A stretch of DNA of 64,000 nt, taken from IMG/VR virus record IMGVR_UViG_3300042891_000377, positions 1-64,000 of that record; one strand, written 5' to 3'. Below the pieces are notes generated by a model. It did no database searches, had not been told where the DNA came from, and saw only the letters and a program-made list of their open reading frames with translations. The DNA is from a virus. Positions 41,397-50,117 of this stretch are shown here, in pieces; the first letter of the stretch is position 1, and every line of letters starts with the position of its first letter. The translations under genes and the position numbers were made by a program.

Positions 41397-42227
41397 ATGA
41401 ATATAGTCACTAAACTTAGTTCGGACACTAAAGTAAAAATTTTACAAGCGTTGGTGTATGTAATTTTACTAATTACGTTAATTACCGCGTGGAGTACTAG
41501 TTTATTCTTAGTTGGATTGGGGCTAGGGTGGTTCCTATGGTTAGCAGGTGTACACGGAAGCCTACACAAATATTCAAGTCATAGATGTTTTGATGCTAAA
41601 AATAAACTAGCTGAACATTTTATTTTGTTAATGGGAACACTTTGTAGTTTAGGTAGTAATATTAGTTGGGCTGCTACACATCGTAAACATCATCAACATT
41701 CGGACCAAGAAGGTGATCCTCACAGCATACACACTGGCACGGGCAGTTTTTGGCGAGCAGTAAAGATATACTTTTATTATTTTCCAACATACTTAATTAA
41801 TCCTCGTACAATTAAAGATCTAACAGTTGACCCGCTACATAAATTATATCACCAGCACTATTATAAAATTGTTCTTGCTTATGTATTAATACTAGCCGCC
41901 ATAGATCCAATATATGTAGGATATTTTTGGGCACTGCCTGTGTTTTATGTCTACACTGGAATCAGTTATATTACAGTAATGGCACACAACATTACTCTGC
42001 ACAAATTTATTGGTTATAAGAATTTTAAAACTACTGATCAAACATTTAACTGGCATCTAGCTAGTATTTTATTACCTGGTGAAGGTAATCATAATAATCA
42101 TCATGCTTTACCAGGTGCAGCTAAAAATGCCTTAAAGAAAGGTGATATTGATTTGGGTTACTGGTATTTAAAAATAGTAGGCAAAGTATCTACTAATCAA
42201 GATTATTATCAAAAGTTTGTTACCTAA
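41397..42227 (+). CDS. Membrane fatty acid desaturase
   Basis: His boxes HKYSSH, HRKHH, HNNHH. Confidence 0.9.
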   Translation: MNIVTKLSSDTKVKILQALVYVILLITLITAWSTSLFLVGLGLGWFLWLAGVHGSLHKYSSHRCFDAKNKLAEHFILLMGTLCSLGSNISWAATHRKHHQHSDQEGDPHSIHTGTGSFWRAVKIYFYYFPTYLINPRTIKDLTVDPLHKLYHQHYYKIVLAYVLILAAIDPIYVGYFWALPVFYVYTGISYITVMAHNITLHKFIGYKNFKTTDQTFNWHLASILLPGEGNHNNHHALPGAAKNALKKGDIDLGYWYLKIVGKVSTNQDYYQKFVT

Positions 42228-42973
42228 TGACAAATTATAATAAAATTAAATTGGCTCAGGGGGTATCGGTATTAGCCACAATACTAACCTTGACATTTGA
42301 ATTTGATTTAACATTGTTACTGTTGGGATTAGCGGTCAGTTGGGTATTCTATTGTATAGGATTATCAATTTGTCTACATAAATTATCTAGTCATCGAACT
42401 TTTGAACCTAAAAACGCTGTAATTAAATACATTTTGTTATGGTTTGGTACAGTAGTAACTATGGGTAGTACTATTAATTTTGCCGCTGGGCATAGACAGC
42501 ATCACAGAATGAGTGATACTCCTGATGATCCTTACTGTTTAACCGGTACATTATGGCATAAAGTTAAACTATTCTTTTATTGGTTCCCAGCATATAAGAT
42601 AAGTCCGTTAATTATTAAAGACCTATTACGTGACAAGGATCATGTTCGCTTTAATAACAACTATTGGAAGATACTGTTACTTTATCCTATTATCTTATTA
42701 GCAATCGACCCTGTGTGGTTTGGATACTTTTATGCATTGCCTGTTACTTACGTATTGTTGGGCATGGGCTATGTAACAGTTATTGCGCATTTACGTTTAG
42801 GTAACAGACCCTACGACACTAACGATAATAGTTGGGATAGTAAACTATTTGCTCTATTGCTAGCAGGTGAAGGATATCATAATACTCATCATGCTTATCC
42901 AGGATGGAGCACCTTTGGCCCATTGGATGTTGCAGGGCACGTAATAGAATTAATAAGGAAGAAAGATGTCTAA
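42227..42973 (+). CDS. Membrane fatty acid desaturase (tandem paralog)
   Basis: His boxes HKLSSH, HRQHH, HNTHH. Confidence 0.9.
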   Translation: MTNYNKIKLAQGVSVLATILTLTFEFDLTLLLLGLAVSWVFYCIGLSICLHKLSSHRTFEPKNAVIKYILLWFGTVVTMGSTINFAAGHRQHHRMSDTPDDPYCLTGTLWHKVKLFFYWFPAYKISPLIIKDLLRDKDHVRFNNNYWKILLLYPIILLAIDPVWFGYFYALPVTYVLLGMGYVTVIAHLRLGNRPYDTNDNSWDSKLFALLLAGEGYHNTHHAYPGWSTFGPLDVAGHVIELIRKKDV

Positions 42974-43673
42974 ACAACCATTGGTACTAATAGGATCTAG
43001 AGCCTTAATGGATTTTTATACAGACACCTGCGAAGTATTAGGTATCGAACTATTAGGCTTCTTGGATCAATACTATTGGGGCAATACAGAAAGTATTAGT
43101 GGAGTCCCCTGCATTGGTAGTGAATTAGACCTTATCGACAATCCTAAGAAATATGCCGATGCTAAGTTTATGATTGCCAATACCTGGGACGGAAACAGTC
43201 GTTTTGAAAATTTAGAACACGACGGCTATCATTTAAGACAGCAACGTTTAGCATTTGTTAAACAGTTAGACTTACCGTGTTATACTCTAATTGATCCCAG
43301 AGCAATTGTTGCTAAAAATAATCAAATTGGACAAGGCACATACATTGGTCCATTAGCTAATATTAGATCTAGGAACGTTATTGGCGAGCACGTGTTTATA
43401 CACGATAATGCTATCATGGCGCACGATGTACATGTGGGTGAAAATAGTATATTAGGTGTTGCTAGTGTTATTATGGGCGGAGTGCGTGTAGGCGAAAATG
43501 TATACGTGGGTTCAGGTGCATTATTAGTTAACGGAAAAAGTACTAAACAACCATACATTACAGTGGGAAATGACTGTAAGATACACGCTGGTGCATTGGT
43601 GCAAAAAGATATGGAAGCTGGTACAACTGCTACATTTGTAGGCAAGTACCTAAGAAGAACAGACCTAAGTTAA
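42966..43673 (+). CDS. NeuD/PglD-like sugar acetyltransferase
   Basis: Hexapeptide left-handed beta-helix repeats; AHD. Confidence 0.85.
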   Translation: MSKQPLVLIGSRALMDFYTDTCEVLGIELLGFLDQYYWGNTESISGVPCIGSELDLIDNPKKYADAKFMIANTWDGNSRFENLEHDGYHLRQQRLAFVKQLDLPCYTLIDPRAIVAKNNQIGQGTYIGPLANIRSRNVIGEHVFIHDNAIMAHDVHVGENSILGVASVIMGGVRVGENVYVGSGALLVNGKSTKQPYITVGNDCKIHAGALVQKDMEAGTTATFVGKYLRRTDLS

Positions 43674-43682
43674 GGAACGAAA

Positions 43683-44003
43683 ATGGAAATTATATTTGGT
43701 AGAGAAAATGCAGAAAAACTGCGTGAAAAATATACTGTGTTAGATTTAGAAACAGTTGAAAAAGATGGAGTTGAATTAGAAGTATTCTGCTTAATACCAG
43801 CTGATAAAATTAGTCTTGGTGATTTGCCTACACTAGAGCAGTATACTAATCTACATGCGGAATTTCTTGAAGGATATAAGAATAAACACTACGACTACTG
43901 CCGTCAGTGCATCACTTACCTAATGGGTAAGTTTTCCGGTGAAGTTGACACGTTTTATGAAGAAATACTGCGTAGAATCGATGAAATAGACCCTCCAAAG
44001 TAA
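43683..44003 (+). CDS. Small protein resembling the C-terminal segment of the class III cyclase at 57347
   Basis: IIFGRENAEKLREKYTVLDLETV vs LIIGPKTAEYCKDDFPVVWLDNI; H..F...Y...YE.I..RI vs H..Y...Y...YE.M..RM. Confidence 0.6.
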   Translation: MEIIFGRENAEKLREKYTVLDLETVEKDGVELEVFCLIPADKISLGDLPTLEQYTNLHAEFLEGYKNKHYDYCRQCITYLMGKFSGEVDTFYEEILRRIDEIDPPK

Positions 44004-44025
44004 TACTATAAGTTAATTATAATAG

Positions 44026-44055
44026 AGCCCCTGTTAAATAATACTAACGGGGGCT
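44026..44055 (+). promoter_or_regulatory. Late promoter within a hairpin in front of csgF
   Basis: AGCCCCTGTTA-AATAATAC-TAACGGGGGCT; TAAATA at 44035-44040. Confidence 0.65.
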
Positions 44056-44060
44056 TTCTC

Positions 44061-44558
44061 ATGATTAGGACACCTATCTGCAATCTTTTAATGGTCGCCA
44101 TGCTAATTGCCGGCGCCAATATCGTGCAGGCTGGGGAAATGGTCCATACCTTTAACAGTCCGGCATTCCACGGACAAGGATTTGGTATACATGCCCTTAC
44201 AATTAAGCAATTAGAAGATCAAGCCAAAGACAAGCGCGAATCTGCCGCAGAAGCTATACAGGCTAAAGCAGAATCTGCTGCACTTAATACTCCGCAGGCA
44301 CGCTTTATTGCTAATCTGGAATCGAGAATTTATAGTCAGTTGGCTAAACAACTAACTGATAGTATGTTTGGGGAAGGTGCTACTTGTACTACAGCAGGCA
44401 TAGTATGTGGTAATATTCCAAACTTAGGTGGTAACAGTATCCAGTGGAGTCTTGGAGCAGGTAGTGATAATGGTTTGATTATTATCACCATACAAGATTT
44501 AAGTAATGTTGACAATGTAACAACTATGAAAGTACCGGCGGGCTCATTTTATTTTTAA
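44061..44558 (+). CDS. csgF: Curli assembly protein CsgF-like
   Basis: Signal peptide, then GEMVHTFNSPAFHG (CsgF N-terminal F.NP.FGG-like); F..NLESRIYSQL; directly before csgG. Confidence 0.8.
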   Translation: MIRTPICNLLMVAMLIAGANIVQAGEMVHTFNSPAFHGQGFGIHALTIKQLEDQAKDKRESAAEAIQAKAESAALNTPQARFIANLESRIYSQLAKQLTDSMFGEGATCTTAGIVCGNIPNLGGNSIQWSLGAGSDNGLIIITIQDLSNVDNVTTMKVPAGSFYF

Positions 44559-44567
44559 GGATGATAA

Positions 44568-45434
44568 ATGAATAAAACACTTATATCCTTATTAATAGCC
44601 GCGCTGTTAACAGGATGCGCTACAGGTAGTGTTATTAAAGAAAAAATAACAGGTGAGCAATTTGACAAGCCTGAGATAGTACGTGAAACATATTTTACTA
44701 AACCAGAGAATAAGGTATTACCTCCAAGTGGTGGGCCTATTCCTATAGCAGTATATAGTTTTCAGGATAAAACTGGACAGCGTAAGAATATACCTAACGT
44801 GGCTAGTTTTAGTACTGCGGTAACACAGGGTGCAGAAGCATATCTAATTGGTGCTCTACAAGACGTAGGCGACCAACGTTGGTTTACTGTGTTAGAGCGT
44901 GTGGGCTTAGATAACTTGATTAAAGAGCGTCAAATGATTCGTCAAATGCGTGAACAATATCAAGGACGTGACGCTAAGGCATTACCACCAATGATGTTTG
45001 CTGGTGTTATTGTAGAAGGAAGTGTAACAGGTTATGATAGTAATCTGCTTACAGGAGGTAGTGGTATGCGCATACTAGGTATCGGAGCACAAACGCAATA
45101 CCAAAGTGATACAGTTACAATTACTCTAAGAACAGTAAGCGTTAATACAGGTGAAGTATTAACAACTGTAACAGTTACTAAAACAGTGTTAAGCTACATG
45201 GACAAACTTGGTATACTAAAGTTTGTTGAAGAAGGCACAAAAGCCGTTGAAGCTGAAACTGGTATGAGTATCAATGAAAGTGTCAATAAAGCAACTAGCC
45301 TAGCAGTTAAGGCTGCTGTAATTGCTACTATTCGAGAAGGAGTGCGTAAAGGGCACTGGGCATTTAAGGAAGAGCCTAAGCCTGTAGTACAAACAGATGG
45401 TGTAAAATACCCTTTGTTAGAAACAAAAAAATAA
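44568..45434 (+). CDS. csgG: Curli secretion channel lipoprotein CsgG
   Basis: Lipobox LLTGC; AVYSFQDKTGQRK; SFSTAVTQGA; WFTVLERVGLDNLIKERQMIR. Confidence 0.93.
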   Translation: MNKTLISLLIAALLTGCATGSVIKEKITGEQFDKPEIVRETYFTKPENKVLPPSGGPIPIAVYSFQDKTGQRKNIPNVASFSTAVTQGAEAYLIGALQDVGDQRWFTVLERVGLDNLIKERQMIRQMREQYQGRDAKALPPMMFAGVIVEGSVTGYDSNLLTGGSGMRILGIGAQTQYQSDTVTITLRTVSVNTGEVLTTVTVTKTVLSYMDKLGILKFVEEGTKAVEAETGMSINESVNKATSLAVKAAVIATIREGVRKGHWAFKEEPKPVVQTDGVKYPLLETKK

Positions 45435-45467
45435 TAATAGGATTTTAAAAATCCAAGGAGCAACACG

Positions 45468-46253
45468 ATGAAATATAATTTAAAAGCAACGGTAAGTATG
45501 ATGTTTTTAGCATTGTCAACATCGGTAATGGCCGCAGGCCCAACAGGTCCTAACCGTGTTTACATTGAACAATTGGGTAACACCAATAATGTTACAATTG
45601 AACAAGTTGGCGGCACTAACGATGTTGGTGGTACCGCTGGTAGTGTAGCAGTTGACGCAACAGGTCTAAGTACATTAACAGTAACAGCACCTAGTACAAG
45701 TAACTATGCTACAATTAACGGCAGTAATAACGGTGTAACTATAACGCAAACTGGTGACGATAATCAATCACAGTACAACATTAAAGGTGGCAATAACAGC
45801 TTTACAAGTACTCTAACTGGTGATGGTAATCAAAGTAAACTTACTATTGGTAATAGCACCACTAATGGTATGCGTAATACTGTTACTGAAACTGTTACAG
45901 GTAGTACTAATATGTTGATTACTAATATTGTTGGTAGTGACAACGCATTATCAACTACTATCACTGGTAGCAGTAACCAACTGACTACTGATGTAACTAC
46001 TAGTAATGCTGATATTACCAACACTATTAGTGGTAGTAACAATATATTTAATATACAACAACGAGATGCTGCAGGCAGTGCTGGCCATAGTTTAATCACA
46101 TCAACTACAGGTGATTATAACAGTATTACTACACAGCAACAAGGTACAAATGATACTACATTGAATATTAGTACAACTGGTGATCATAACACTATTACTA
46201 TACGTTCAAGTAGCAGTGCTATAGTAAGCCCAGTATCAGCAATAGTGAGATAG
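45468..46253 (+). CDS. Secreted curlin-repeat-like protein
   Basis: Signal peptide; repeated N....IxQxG..N and G..N units; Thr/Ser/Asn/Gly-rich. Confidence 0.75.
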   Translation: MKYNLKATVSMMFLALSTSVMAAGPTGPNRVYIEQLGNTNNVTIEQVGGTNDVGGTAGSVAVDATGLSTLTVTAPSTSNYATINGSNNGVTITQTGDDNQSQYNIKGGNNSFTSTLTGDGNQSKLTIGNSTTNGMRNTVTETVTGSTNMLITNIVGSDNALSTTITGSSNQLTTDVTTSNADITNTISGSNNIFNIQQRDAAGSAGHSLITSTTGDYNSITTQQQGTNDTTLNISTTGDHNTITIRSSSSAIVSPVSAIVR

Positions 46254-46256
46254 TCA

Positions 46257-47348
46257 ATGAAACTATTGCTTGCTTTAGCGTGCTTAGTAGCAACTACTAA
46301 CGCATGGGCAGGCATTGGAACTGTAAGCGATACTAAAGGTACCGCTTGTTCAATAGAGCGTGCTAAACAGACCCTGCCTGGCAACAAAGGTGCGACCATA
46401 GAAAGTATGGATACCTATGTTACAGGCGGCTGTGTTAGCAATATCACATTTAAAGATGACACCAAAGTAAAAATAACAGAAAACAGTCGACTAATGATAG
46501 ACGACTTTGTTTACGATCCTAAAAAATCCGACGCAGGTAAACTAGCTCTTAAAGTAGGTATGGGCACAGTACGTTATGCCTCTGGACAAATTGCTAAAAA
46601 CAATCCACAAAAGGTAGATATTAAAACACCCACAGCTAGTATTGCTGTTCGCGGTACAGACTTTAACATGACTGTAGACGAAGCAGGACAGAGTTTAGTT
46701 ATTCTTGTGCCTAGCTGTAAAGATGGTGAAAAGATTAAAGAATACGAGCTAGAAGAAAACTTATGTAAAGTGGGCAAGATCGAAGTCAGCACACTGGCTG
46801 GTGTAGTTACCTTAGACAAAGCATTTGAAGGTACGTATGTAACCAGTGCTAACATGATGCCTAGTCCTCCAGCTATTATTAACACAATTGAAAGTAAGAT
46901 TGGTAACAGTCTTATTATCACTCGCCCACCCGAAATTGTCAAAGCTAGTAAAGAAGCAGGTAAAAGCAAACGTGATCTAGAACAAGAAGAACTAGAAGCT
47001 ATTCAAGCAAGTCAACTTGCTCAACGTATAGCTAAAGAAGGTGAAGCTAAAGCTGTAGTGTTGCCTTATAGCTTTGACAGTGGTAAATCAGGATGTAATC
47101 CGGCAATCAATGTCTGCGTTAAATGGGAAAATCCGGATGGTGAAAGCATACAGGCCAAAGGTCGAGGTATAGCGTTTCGTCAAAGTGAAGATCACTATGC
47201 AGAAGTTAAAACACAGGGCTACGAAAGTAATACGTCAATTGAAATAATTCACGATGATAATATTGCCTCAGCTACAATTGGTTCGGGCGATCCAGGTGGC
47301 AATGTAGTGCGTATCAAACAGAATTCTGGAGTGTTAAGACGACAATGA
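46257..47348 (+). CDS. Periplasmic FecR-domain protein
   Basis: Signal peptide; F.DDT...ENS.L.ID; TPTASIAVRGTDF. Confidence 0.85.
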   Translation: MKLLLALACLVATTNAWAGIGTVSDTKGTACSIERAKQTLPGNKGATIESMDTYVTGGCVSNITFKDDTKVKITENSRLMIDDFVYDPKKSDAGKLALKVGMGTVRYASGQIAKNNPQKVDIKTPTASIAVRGTDFNMTVDEAGQSLVILVPSCKDGEKIKEYELEENLCKVGKIEVSTLAGVVTLDKAFEGTYVTSANMMPSPPAIINTIESKIGNSLIITRPPEIVKASKEAGKSKRDLEQEELEAIQASQLAQRIAKEGEAKAVVLPYSFDSGKSGCNPAINVCVKWENPDGESIQAKGRGIAFRQSEDHYAEVKTQGYESNTSIEIIHDDNIASATIGSGDPGGNVVRIKQNSGVLRRQ

Positions 47349-48472
47349 AACGGCTCCTTGTAATCTTATTATTAGTTTGCTCCAATACCTGGGCCGCAGG
47401 ACTTGCTGGACTTAATTATCAGAACTATGCCGCAGGTGGTGCTATGCCATCATATACGCAAGATGCTAATGGAAACATCACTAATCGCACACTACTATCA
47501 ACTGGAACTGTGAATACGGTGGGATTAACTACTAGTAGTGGAGCAGGCTTGCCTACTCGCAGTGATGGATTTATAGTTCGTTTCTATGGTTACATCAATA
47601 TAGAAACAGCAGGTACATATTACTTTGGCGGGCAAGCAGACGACGGTATCCGTATTAAGATTAATAACATATCTGTGGTTAATAGTTGGATAGAATCTGG
47701 CGGCGCATTTAGAGAAGGCAGCATTACTTTGTCAGCAGGAGTTGTTCCGGTAGAAGTAATGTATTACGAGAACGGCGGTGGACAAATGGTTAACTTCCAA
47801 TGGTTTATGAACGGCTATTGGCAGATTGTACCTACAGCGTCGATAGCTACAGATACTACCTATTGGGCGCCTGCGGCTCCTGTACTATGTTGCGGCGGCA
47901 GTTCGTCAAGTTTTAATGCTAGTCCATCTAATGTAACAAAAGTACAGTCATACGCCACAAGGAATACCAATGACAGTCAGGTGTACATAGACCAAATTGG
48001 TAATGATAACGAGATCACAGTTAACCAAACAGGTACTAAAAATAACTACACAGAATACAATAGTAGTGGTAGTTTCAATACCGTTAATATCTCACAAACT
48101 GGTAATAGTTCAACAACAGCAAACTACGTAGAACTAAATGTCAACGGTGATAGTAATATAGTAAATCTAACGCAGCAGAGTACAGGTGGTGCCAAGGGTA
48201 TCTACGCTACAGTTAACGATGACAATAATAATGTAACAGTCTTACAGAAAGACGGTGGTAATGCTTACTTAAACTTAAACCTAAGTGGCGGTAATAAAAC
48301 TGTAGACATAACGCAACAAGGCAGTGCTGCACACATGGCTGACATTACTCTAACTGGAGCAGGTGCTAGAAGTTTAAACTTAAATCAGCAAGGTAGCACA
48401 CAACAGTTTTACAGTATTAATAGTAGTTGCGCTAGTGCCTGTCAGGCAATAACAGTAATACAAGGACAATAA
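47345..48472 (+). CDS. Secreted PA14-domain + curlin-repeat protein
   Basis: GYINI..GTY.F...ADDGIRI..YYENGGG (PA14); C-terminal QIGNDN.I.VNQTG..N repeats. Confidence 0.8.
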   Translation: MKRLLVILLLVCSNTWAAGLAGLNYQNYAAGGAMPSYTQDANGNITNRTLLSTGTVNTVGLTTSSGAGLPTRSDGFIVRFYGYINIETAGTYYFGGQADDGIRIKINNISVVNSWIESGGAFREGSITLSAGVVPVEVMYYENGGGQMVNFQWFMNGYWQIVPTASIATDTTYWAPAAPVLCCGGSSSSFNASPSNVTKVQSYATRNTNDSQVYIDQIGNDNEITVNQTGTKNNYTEYNSSGSFNTVNISQTGNSSTTANYVELNVNGDSNIVNLTQQSTGGAKGIYATVNDDNNNVTVLQKDGGNAYLNLNLSGGNKTVDITQQGSAAHMADITLTGAGARSLNLNQQGSTQQFYSINSSCASACQAITVIQGQ

Positions 48473-48547
48473 CAGCAGAATCAGTGCTGTAACGTTATTA
48501 ATAACTGTTGTATTTTTACAACATTGTTATCAAAAAACAACAAAAGG

Positions 48548-48576
48548 TTGACTCTCCATTATAAATACTGTACACT
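48548..48576 (+). promoter_or_regulatory. Overlapping sigma70 and late promoters for the porin
   Basis: TTGACT-N17-TACACT with TATAAATA at 48560-48567. Confidence 0.7.
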
Positions 48577-48623
48577 GATAGTATAACATATTAGTGTTAT
48601 CCAATAAAAGGAGAAGTATCGTA

Positions 48624-49835
48624 ATGAAGAAATTATTATTAGCAACATTATTAGCAAGTATGTATTCAACTGCGAACGCTGGCATTCAAATTCCAGCTGG
48701 TGATTGGACTCTAGACATCGGCGGCGTTGTAAACGCTTACTACACAAACACACGCGGCACAGGTGATGCTGTAGTTGGTGGCGCCGGTGGCCCTAATACC
48801 AATGGTCAACGCAATGAATCAAATATTACAACTGGTCTATTACCAAACGTATTATCAGTTTCTGGTAAATCACGTCAAAATGATTTAGACATTGGTTTCA
48901 CTATTGCAATCAATCCAGGCGCTTCAACAACAGCAGCTGGTGATCAAGGCGCTAACCAAGAAAATCGTCAAGCATTTTTGACTATCGGTGATAAATCATG
49001 GGGTAGTGTAAAACTAGGTAAAGACCTAGGTATTTTCGCTAGTGATGCTATCTTAAACGACATGACATTGTTAGGTGTTGGTTCTGGTGCTGGCGCACTA
49101 GCTGGTAACACAACTACATTGGGTCGTATTGGTACTGGTTATATGTACGCTGACTGGAAATCACAAATTGCTTACACATCACCAAACTTTAATGGATTTC
49201 AATTCACAGCAGGTGTAACACAAGCATGGAATGCTCAAACAGCTGACTTAAATGCAGCAACAGCAGGTGTACAAGCTGCTTCAGCAACTTCAACAGGCCG
49301 TGGTGGTGCACAACCAGCTTTCGAAGGTAAAGTATCTTACTCATTAGCAGGTCCCATTGCTGCTAAAGTTTGGTCAAGTGCCATTACACAAAAAGTTGAA
49401 GGTGTTACTGGTGCCAGTGCCGATGACCGTGCTTATGCTTGGGACGTTGGTACAAACTTAACAGCTGGTCCATACGGTTTAACTGCTTATTACTTTGATG
49501 GTAAAGGTATTGGCCGTACACTTCAATTAGCTGATGGTTTTGATACTACTGGTCGTCGTCGTGATTCAAACGGTGGTTATGTACAAGGTACATACACATT
49601 GCCAACAGCAACTAAACTTGGCGTAAGCTGGGGTCAAAGTAAACTAGATCGTAACAGTGGTGAAACAGCAACCGCATTAGTTTCGAAAAACGAAATGTGG
49701 ACACTTGGTGCTTACCACCCACTTACTAAATCAGTTAACCTAGTAGCTGAATACTCAGACGTTAAGTCAGAAGCACAAAACGGTGCTGAAGGCAAATCAC
49801 GCTCAGTATCGGCAGGTGCTATCTTATTCTTCTAA
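48624..49835 (+). CDS. Gram-negative outer-membrane porin
   Basis: Signal peptide MKKLLLATLL..ANA; amphipathic beta strands; YTSPNFNGF; C-terminal Phe. Confidence 0.9.
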   Translation: MKKLLLATLLASMYSTANAGIQIPAGDWTLDIGGVVNAYYTNTRGTGDAVVGGAGGPNTNGQRNESNITTGLLPNVLSVSGKSRQNDLDIGFTIAINPGASTTAAGDQGANQENRQAFLTIGDKSWGSVKLGKDLGIFASDAILNDMTLLGVGSGAGALAGNTTTLGRIGTGYMYADWKSQIAYTSPNFNGFQFTAGVTQAWNAQTADLNAATAGVQAASATSTGRGGAQPAFEGKVSYSLAGPIAAKVWSSAITQKVEGVTGASADDRAYAWDVGTNLTAGPYGLTAYYFDGKGIGRTLQLADGFDTTGRRRDSNGGYVQGTYTLPTATKLGVSWGQSKLDRNSGETATALVSKNEMWTLGAYHPLTKSVNLVAEYSDVKSEAQNGAEGKSRSVSAGAILFF

Positions 49836-49858
49836 GATTAACTTCTTAGTCTAATAAT

Positions 49859-49888
49859 TAAAAAGCCCACTCCGGTGGGCTTTTTTAC
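49859..49888 (+). terminator. Terminator, also direct repeat 1 flanking xoxF
   Basis: TAAAAAGCCCAC-TCCG-GTGGGCTTTTTTAC. Confidence 0.9.
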
Positions 49889-49913
49889 GGAGATAACATC
49901 ATTTGGTTAAAAA

Positions 49914-50020
49914 TGTAACAAATTGTAAAAATATTGCTTGACAGGTGGCCGGTTATCATATACACTAGTAAACATATAGCAAATCACATTTGTAACAAGA
50001 TGTAACAAACTATATAAATA
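49914..50020 (+). promoter_or_regulatory. xoxF promoter region: sigma70 promoter, TGTAACA direct repeats, late promoter
   Basis: TTGACA(49938)-N17-TACACT; TGTAACA/TGTAAAA at 49914/49924 and TGTAACA at 49991/50001; TATAAATA at 50013. Confidence 0.65.
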
Positions 50021-50117
50021 AAGTTGTTATTAAGGGTCCTTAGTAACATTTTCAAAACTTGTGGTCCGCGGCATACAGCAACCGGCACGTTTTTATTTAA
50101 ACACAAGGGAGATGTAA

